A stretch of DNA of 63,834 nucleotides, the filler included. It is 8 parts of 8 records of this genome, joined end to end, with 100 filler letters (N's around TTAATTAATTAA, not from the genome) between each part and the next. Parts side by side here need not be neighbours in the genome. Positions count along the whole stretch, not along the records: positions 49,832 to 58,385 come from SRR31156797_41967; positions 58,486 to 63,834 come from SRR31156797_41987; 6 more parts are not named here. The stretch is one strand, 5' to 3'. Shown piece after piece: positions 57,642 to 63,834 of the stretch; the stretch's first letter is position 1; each line of letters begins with the position of its first letter. The translations under genes and the position numbers were made by a program. The notes beneath the pieces are model-generated. The model saw only the letters and a list, made by a program, of their open reading frames with translations, ran no database searches and was not told the origin of the DNA.

Positions 57642-58093
57642 TTTTCGCCTCCATTATCGGAAACCAGGTTTCCGGTAAAGTCATAAACTTCAGGAACGGT
57701 TTCAGTTGTTAGATATGATACGTATTGGCTGCCGGCTTCGCTGGGCAGCACATAGCTTTGGGCTGCCTGGCCCAGAAAGACGCCCAGGCCGATGCCTATC
57801 GCAACAGTGGCATAGGCCAGGGAAGCCCAGCCGATGTTCCAGCGGGGCCAGGGAGTAATTGGCTTGTCTTTGTATATTTCCTTTGAAAAGGCGGCCATTG
57901 TCTGTTTGGCAAGTTTTTTTTGAGCTGGAGCTGGAGGCAGACTGTCCAGGGCGGCGCAGATTTCGATGATGTCGGCGGCAAGTTTTTTACAGGACGGACA
58001 AGAAGCCAAGTGGGTTTCGACCTGTTTTCTTTCTTGCATGGAGAGAGAATTATCCACCCAGGCATTTATTTTATCTTCGCTCAAGTGTTCCAT
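57638..58093 (-). CDS. Zinc-finger (ZAS) anti-sigma factor
   Basis: HLS...HLASCPSC (HxxxCxxC) plus one TM. Confidence 0.88.
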   Translation of the reverse strand: MEHLSEDKINAWVDNSLSMQERKQVETHLASCPSCKKLAADIIEICAALDSLPPAPAQKKLAKQTMAAFSKEIYKDKPITPWPRWNIGWASLAYATVAIGIGLGVFLGQAAQSYVLPSEAGSQYVSYLTTETVPEVYDFTGNLVSDNGGEK

Positions 58094-58133
58094 TGCCGGG
58101 CCTCCTTAGCGCGATTTTACATTCTACTTTATT

Positions 58134-58160
58134 AAAACGGATCAGGTTTAAAAAACCTTC
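58134..58160 (-). promoter_or_regulatory. Candidate ECF-dependent promoter
   Basis: Minus strand GAAGG-16-CGTTTT upstream of the anti-sigma RBS. Confidence 0.45.
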
Positions 58161-58273
58161 GGCGGAAATGTAAAAAATCTGAAAATATATTACAAAGACA
58201 CCCAAATAATTATTCAAATCTTATCCTTATTATGCTAAGATCGGAAGAAGGAATCTTCAAACAGGAGAATGTA

Positions 58274-58385
58274 ATGCCAATCGCTCGAAAAGAGATTGTA
58301 AGTGAGGGCGCCGTCGGTATTTATCACTGTATTTCCCGGTGCGTTCGGCAGGCTTTTTTGTGCGGAAAAGATTCATATACTGGTA
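58274..58385 (+). mobile_element. 5' end of a Y1/HUH transposase (RAYT/IS200-like)
   Basis: MPIARKEIV...YHCISRCVRQAFLCG.D.YTG, the N-terminus typical of REP-associated tyrosine transposases. Truncated by the gap. Confidence 0.82.
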
Positions 58386-58485
58386 NNNNNNNNNNNNNNN
58401 NNNNNNNNNNNNNNNNNNNNNNNNNNNNNTTAATTAATTAANNNNNNNNNNNNNNNNNNNNNNNNNNNNNNNNNNNNNNNNNNNN
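58386..58485. other. Artificial contig linker
   Basis: N run, TTAATTAATTAA, N run. Confidence 0.99.
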
Positions 58486-59889
58486 AATGGATTTAAAGAT
58501 AAAGAGATGATTCATTTATGTTTTATTGCAAAAAAAATGGGTCATAATATCACTGTTATTATTGAAGGCTTAAATGAACTAGAGATTATCCTTGATGTAG
58601 AAAAAGAAACATCTTTACCTACTCCTAATATTGGAATTAGGGTTAGACTATTTAATTCAGGAAGTGGAGCTTGGGCAAAATCTGGTGGAATTGATGCAAA
58701 ATTTGGTTTAAGTTCTACAGAGATACTTGAAGCATTTGAGATGTTAGAAGAGAATAACTTAACAGATATCCTTACAATGATACATTTCCATATTGGTTCA
58801 GCAATGGATACAATTAAGCCTCTAAAAAATGCCTTAAAAGAATCTGGGCATATATATGCAGAGCTTAAAAATCTTGGTGCAAATAACCTAAGTGCAATCA
58901 ATATTGGTGGTGGATTAGCGGTTGAGTATTCTCAATTTCAAAGAACAGCACAATACCATCTTCAAGAGTTTGCAAACGATGTTGTATTTACATTAAAAAA
59001 TATTGCTAAACAAAAAGGTGTTGAAGAACCAAATATCTTCACTGAATCTGGAAGATTTATTAGTGCTACTTCAACTGTTTTAATTACACCTGTTTTAGAA
59101 CTATTTACAGCTGAGTATGATGCTGAACATTTAAGACTAAAAGAGAAAAATCCACCTTTAATTGAAGAGTTAAAAGAATTATATAATGATATGAATTCTA
59201 AAACTGCTTTAGAATATATGCATGATAGTATTGACCATTTAGAATCTCTTCTTAAACTGTTTGATTTAGGTTACATTGATTTAGAAGACAGAAGTAATGC
59301 AGAGATTCTCACAAACCTTATTATCAAAAAAGCAATTTGGTTTTTAGAAGTTGATGATTATTCAGAGTTAAAGAGAATCGATAATAAAATACAAGAAAAA
59401 TATTTAGTAAACTTCTCTATTTTCCAATCATTACCAGATTTTTGGGGAATCAAACAAGAATTTCCTATCATGCCAATAACACATTTAGATAAAAAACCAA
59501 CAAGAAGTGCCTCACTTTGGGATATCACTTGTGATAGTGATGGAGAGATTGGATTTAATCCAGAAAAACCACTTTTTCTTCATGATGTAGACTTAAAACT
59601 TGAAGAGTATTATCTTGGTTTTTTCCATGTTGGTGCTTATCAAGATATTTTAGGTATGAGACATAACTTATTTTCTCATCCAACAGAAATAAATGCGGTT
59701 TTTGAAAATGGAGAATTAAAATTAGAAAAGATACTTGAATCTCAAAAAATTATAGATATATTAGAAGATATTGATTATGATACGAAAGAGATAAAAGAGA
59801 TATTAAAAGATAATTTAGATGACAAAACATATAAAATACTAAAAAAATATTTACACGATAATAGTTATCTAAAGACAACATGGAGTTAA
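58486..59889 (+). CDS. speA: Biosynthetic arginine decarboxylase (5' truncated)
   Basis: NGFKD, WAKSGG..AKFGL, HFHIGS, GGGLAVEY, ESGR, SLPDFWG, DITCDSDG, GAYQDILG. Confidence 0.96.
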   Translation, partial: NGFKDKEMIHLCFIAKKMGHNITVIIEGLNELEIILDVEKETSLPTPNIGIRVRLFNSGSGAWAKSGGIDAKFGLSSTEILEAFEMLEENNLTDILTMIHFHIGSAMDTIKPLKNALKESGHIYAELKNLGANNLSAINIGGGLAVEYSQFQRTAQYHLQEFANDVVFTLKNIAKQKGVEEPNIFTESGRFISATSTVLITPVLELFTAEYDAEHLRLKEKNPPLIEELKELYNDMNSKTALEYMHDSIDHLESLLKLFDLGYIDLEDRSNAEILTNLIIKKAIWFLEVDDYSELKRIDNKIQEKYLVNFSIFQSLPDFWGIKQEFPIMPITHLDKKPTRSASLWDITCDSDGEIGFNPEKPLFLHDVDLKLEEYYLGFFHVGAYQDILGMRHNLFSHPTEINAVFENGELKLEKILESQKIIDILEDIDYDTKEIKEILKDNLDDKTYKILKKYLHDNSYLKTTWS

Positions 59890-59891
59890 AT

Positions 59892-60674
59892 ATGAATGAT
59901 GAAAAAGACACAAATGAAAAGATTAAAGAAAAAATTTTAAATGAACAAAAACAATTAGGTCTTTGGAAACAAATAAAAGAAGATTTTACTGTACCAAAAC
60001 TAAACGACCCTGCTCTAGATTCAAGCTTTGAACTATTTTTTAATTATCCTGGAGTTTGGGCAATTATTAGTCATAGGATTGCAAATAGATTATATAACAA
60101 AGGCTGGATAAAATTATCAAGAGTTCTTGTTGGGATAGTTTCTTTATTTTCAAAAACAGATATACACCCAGCTGCAACTATAGGTAGAAGAGTTTTTATT
60201 GACCATGCTATTGGTGTTGTAATTGGAGCAACTGCAATTGTTGAAGATGATGTTTTAATCTATCAAGGGGTTACACTAGGAGGTGTTAACTTAGATAAAG
60301 GAAAAAGACACCCAACAATTAGAGCAAATTCAGTAATTGGAAGTGGTGCAAAGGTTTTAGGAAATATCACTGTAGGTAAAAATGGAAAAATTGGAGCAAA
60401 CTCCGTAGTTATTTGCGATGTACCTAAAAACTCAACAGCTGTTGGTGTACCAGCAAAAGTAATCAAAAGAGATGACAAAAATGGAAGGTTAAACCATAGT
60501 GATCTTCCAGATATAAACAAAGAGATGTTTGAATATTTACTAAAAAGAGTTGCCCTTCTTGAACATGCTGTAAAAGACCATGATGGAATAGATTTAGTAA
60601 ATGAAGATCAAGATTTAGAATGTATTTATAAAAAATTCATAAGTGCAATGAATTCAATTAACCACAAAAATTAA
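59892..60674 (+). CDS. cysE: Serine O-acetyltransferase
   Basis: DPA, YPG, DIHPAA.IG..FIDHA.GVVIG, QGVTLGG, KRHP. Confidence 0.96.
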   Translation: MNDEKDTNEKIKEKILNEQKQLGLWKQIKEDFTVPKLNDPALDSSFELFFNYPGVWAIISHRIANRLYNKGWIKLSRVLVGIVSLFSKTDIHPAATIGRRVFIDHAIGVVIGATAIVEDDVLIYQGVTLGGVNLDKGKRHPTIRANSVIGSGAKVLGNITVGKNGKIGANSVVICDVPKNSTAVGVPAKVIKRDDKNGRLNHSDLPDINKEMFEYLLKRVALLEHAVKDHDGIDLVNEDQDLECIYKKFISAMNSINHKN

Positions 60675-61411
60675 TGTTTTTAGAATTAATCATATTTGGA
60701 CTAAGTGCTGGATTTGTTTCTGGTTTCTTTGGTCTAGGGGGAGGAACAGTTCTTACTCCTATTTTAATCATTGCAGGCTTCGCAATGAAAGAAGCTATTG
60801 CTATTTCAATAATGCAAATGGTATTTAGTTCAATATATGGTTCAATTCTAAATGCAAGAAAAGCTCAAAGTATCTATAAAGATGGAATCATTTTAGGTAT
60901 AGGTGGTTCACTTGGTGGGTTTCTAAACAGTTATATCCATGAGCTTGTATCAAATCAATTCTTACAATATGTATTTATAATCATAGTAATATTTTCTATT
61001 GTTAAAATTTTTGTATCTCCAGTTGAACCAATAGGTGAAGTAAAACATCATAGTAAATTTATACTTTTATTAGTAGGTTTTTTTGTAGGACTTATTGCTA
61101 TGAGTATTGGAGTTGGTGGAGCTATTATGTTAACACCAATACTTGTAAGCTTTATGAAGTTTCCATTAAAACAAGCTACAAGTTTGAGTTTGTTTTTTGT
61201 TATATTCTCTTCTATTTCTGGATTTACATCTTTAACAATACACGGGCATATGCCTTTTCAAGAAGGTATAACTATTGGATTAGCATCTTTAATAGGTGTA
61301 TTTTTTGGAATAAAGGCTAAAAATGCAACGGGAGCTAAAAACTACAAAAAATCAATTTTAGTTATGTATTTTGTAATCTTAGCTATTATGTCTTATAAAA
61401 CTATTTTATAA
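60674..61411 (+). CDS. TauE/SafE (DUF81) sulfite-exporter-family membrane protein
   Basis: Duplicated G.GGG...P motifs, about 8 TM segments. Confidence 0.9.
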   Translation: MFLELIIFGLSAGFVSGFFGLGGGTVLTPILIIAGFAMKEAIAISIMQMVFSSIYGSILNARKAQSIYKDGIILGIGGSLGGFLNSYIHELVSNQFLQYVFIIIVIFSIVKIFVSPVEPIGEVKHHSKFILLLVGFFVGLIAMSIGVGGAIMLTPILVSFMKFPLKQATSLSLFFVIFSSISGFTSLTIHGHMPFQEGITIGLASLIGVFFGIKAKNATGAKNYKKSILVMYFVILAIMSYKTIL

Positions 61412-63834
61412 TCTCTTCTAAAAGATAAGATAAAACTCCAGAATTTTTATAATAATTTACCTCATCAACTGTTTCAAGTTTTGATTTTAGTTCAACTTCA
61501 ATATCTATATTTGATTTATGTATTGTTACAAATATTTTCTGGTCTTGTATTATTTTATCAGTTTTAATTGTAACTTTTTCATCACCTTTTAACTTCAATG
61601 ATTCAAGTGATGTATCTATAAACTCTAAAGGTAAAATTCCCAATTCAATTAAATTCAGTCTGTATGCAGGTGCAAAGGATTCTGCTATTATTACATCAAC
61701 ACCTAACATTTTAGTTCCTTTTGCTGTCCAATCTCTAAGATGCCCTATTCCATAATTTTTCCCTGCAAATATTATTAGAGGATTGTTGTTATCTTTTTCT
61801 TTTCTTGCTTTTTTATATATTGTTACAATCTCATTTGTTTCGTAATCTTTTGTAAACCCACCCTCTTTTGAAACCATTTTATTTTTTAGATTTGGATTAT
61901 CAAAAGTTCCTCTAACCATAACTTCTGAATTACCTCTTCTACTATTGAAAGTGTTATATTCAAAAGACTTTACACCATTTCTTTCTAAATATTTAGCAGC
62001 TGATGAATACAAAGAGATTTGTCCAAAAGGAGATATCTGTTCAATAGTTACATCATCTCCAAATATAGCTAAGATAGAACCTTTTTGTATATCAATATTT
62101 TCTAAATCTTTTTTCTCAAAAATATTACTTGCTTGTATATATGTTGAATTTTCTTTCCATTTATAAGTTTTCGAATCTTCTACTTCTAAGTTTTGCCAAA
62201 ACTCATTTCCTGTAAAAATATCTTTGTAAATTTTTCTATATAATGTATAATCTAATTCCCCAAGGTACTTTAATACTTCATGATTACTAGGCCAAAGATT
62301 TTTAACAAAAATATCTTTATCATCTAGTACTCCAATTACATCTTCATATAAATCAAACTTCATATTTCCTATTAATGAATAAATAACAACCAAGGATGGT
62401 GACATCTGAAAGTTTGTTTTTATAAGAGGATTTATTTTACTCTTTATTGTACTATCCCCTGAACTAATAGAGCAAACATTTAATCCAAACTGTTTTATTT
62501 CACTTTCTAAAATCTCATCTATATTGTTTGAGCTTGAGATTGTATTTTCAACATTAACAATATAAAAACCTAAATGCTCTAAATACTTTAATAAATCAAG
62601 TTTCTCTAAATACTCTTTTACAACTAAAGAACTAGTAGAAAAGTATGTTTTTATATTTTTATTGATTTTAAGTCCAAAGTCTACAGCTTTTTTTGCAACT
62701 AATGCTGCTTCTATTAATAAGTATGGATTCGAAGTTGAGTCTTTTGATGTTATTGCAGCAAATACAATATCTAAATCTTTTAGATTTTTGGATTGTTTTG
62801 CAATTGGTAACTGTTTTAAACTTTTAATCTCTATAGTTTCTGGATTTTTTTTCAAGTCTAAAATTGTAGGCTTAACATTTGATAAATCAAAATGAACTAC
62901 CTCATCATAATCTAATGTTTGGTTTTCAAAAAACAATTCTTGTTTTACTAAATACTCTTTTACTATTTTTCCATAATCATCATTGTCTCTAGTTTTATTA
63001 AAATAGTTTATTGTCTTCTCATCAATAATAAAAAAAGAGCATCTTGCATTGTACATTGGTGCAAGATTTGAGATAGTTGACCTATCTTCCAAAGTTATAT
63101 ATTTTAGTCCTTCTCCATAAAACTCTACAAGTTTTCCTGAGATATTACTGTTTTTCAAAATCTCAACTAAAGTTAAAACTATATCTGAAGAGTTAACTAC
63201 ATCATTTAGCTTCCCATGTATATTTATCCCTACAACTTTTGGTAAATCAAAGTATAAAGGTAAACCTAACATTAAAGATTCAGCTTCTATTCCTTCTGCA
63301 CCCCAACCTAAAACACCAAGAGAGTTAATCATAGTTGTGTAGGAATCTGTTCCTATTATAGTTTCAGGATAAAGAAAAAACTTCTCATCCTTTTTTTCAA
63401 CATGTAAAATTGTAGATAAAAACTCTAAATTAACTTGATGACAGATTCCAGAACCAGGAGGAACGACTCTAAAGTTTTTAAACTGTTTTTGAGCCCACTT
63501 AATAAACTCATATCTCTCTTTGTTTAATTCATATTCATTATTTATATCAAGGTCTTTGTTGTTATTATCAGTGCCTAGTTTTATAGATTGGTCTATAACC
63601 ATATCAACTAAGATTTGTGGATTTATTTTACTTGGGTCTTCTTCTCTTCTTTCAAGTTCGTCTCTCATAGATGCTAAATCTACAAGTGCAGGAATACCTG
63701 AAAAATCATGCATTATTATTCTAGATGGATAAAAACCTACTTTTGTTGATAATCTTTTTTGAAAAGTATCAATAATAGATCTCATCTGCTTTTCATCTTT
63801 TGCTTTTCTTAAATTTGCTTCTAAAAGTATTTTT
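61401..63834 (-). CDS. AcnA/IRP-family aconitase homolog lacking Fe-S and catalytic residues (5' end outside the window)
   Basis: AcnA scaffold motifs retained (ILLEANLR, DLASMRD, VVPPGSGICHQVNLE, GVLGWG, SRRGN.EVM.RGTF.N, RDW.AKG). The frame is open to the window edge. Confidence 0.9.
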   Translation of the reverse strand, partial: KILLEANLRKAKDEKQMRSIIDTFQKRLSTKVGFYPSRIIMHDFSGIPALVDLASMRDELERREEDPSKINPQILVDMVIDQSIKLGTDNNNKDLDINNEYELNKERYEFIKWAQKQFKNFRVVPPGSGICHQVNLEFLSTILHVEKKDEKFFLYPETIIGTDSYTTMINSLGVLGWGAEGIEAESLMLGLPLYFDLPKVVGINIHGKLNDVVNSSDIVLTLVEILKNSNISGKLVEFYGEGLKYITLEDRSTISNLAPMYNARCSFFIIDEKTINYFNKTRDNDDYGKIVKEYLVKQELFFENQTLDYDEVVHFDLSNVKPTILDLKKNPETIEIKSLKQLPIAKQSKNLKDLDIVFAAITSKDSTSNPYLLIEAALVAKKAVDFGLKINKNIKTYFSTSSLVVKEYLEKLDLLKYLEHLGFYIVNVENTISSSNNIDEILESEIKQFGLNVCSISSGDSTIKSKINPLIKTNFQMSPSLVVIYSLIGNMKFDLYEDVIGVLDDKDIFVKNLWPSNHEVLKYLGELDYTLYRKIYKDIFTGNEFWQNLEVEDSKTYKWKENSTYIQASNIFEKKDLENIDIQKGSILAIFGDDVTIEQISPFGQISLYSSAAKYLERNGVKSFEYNTFNSRRGNSEVMVRGTFDNPNLKNKMVSKEGGFTKDYETNEIVTIYKKARKEKDNNNPLIIFAGKNYGIGHLRDWTAKGTKMLGVDVIIAESFAPAYRLNLIELGILPLEFIDTSLESLKLKGDEKVTIKTDKIIQDQKIFVTIHKSNIDIEVELKSKLETVDEVNYYKNSGVLSYLLEEIIK

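Overview
The window is not one locus. It is eight unrelated contigs joined by 100-nt N/TTAATTAATTAA/N linkers, apparently from an anoxic-sediment metagenome; lineage calls below are from protein similarity and base composition. (1) 1-6306, Desulfobacterales-like: EctR/CosR-type MarR regulator divergent from an Opp-type ABC operon. (2) 6407-19847, deltaproteobacterial-like: LarA-family enzyme, LacI and TRAP operon; QueG-like Fe-S protein; atypical TrxR; an Fe-S/unknown-protein pair behind a Fur-like box; a deleted XRE gene; TetR; a kinase-like pentapeptide protein; an M24 hydrolase. (3) 19948-30794: MCP; a TonB receptor/Nik-type ABC/methyltransferase operon behind a structured attenuator-like leader; a MaoC-SDR fusion. 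(4) 30895-38192, Methanosarcinaceae: HD protein, tfe, ATP-grasp, nmd3, DUF362, three microproteins, cdhE and part of cdhD. (5) 38293-43622, Bacteroidota: methyltransferase, RprXY-like two-component system, ECF sigma with a TonB-C anti-sigma. (6) 43723-49731: MarR-MFS-DUF169 operon, membrane Fe-S protein, and a CusRS-like system flanked by two identical regulator boxes. (7) 49832-58385: REP doublet, PerR, a cnrYXH-CBA-like ECF/RND efflux operon, and the start of a RAYT. (8) 58486-63834, Arcobacter-like: speA, cysE, TauE and an AcnA homolog. The most striking observation is that this AcnA ORF is uninterrupted but has lost all three Fe-S cysteines and most catalytic residues, so it looks like a pseudo-aconitase. 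Other notable items are the LarA homolog lacking the His174 base, the hairpin/terminator leader of the TonB operon, and several regulator operators readable directly from the DNA.
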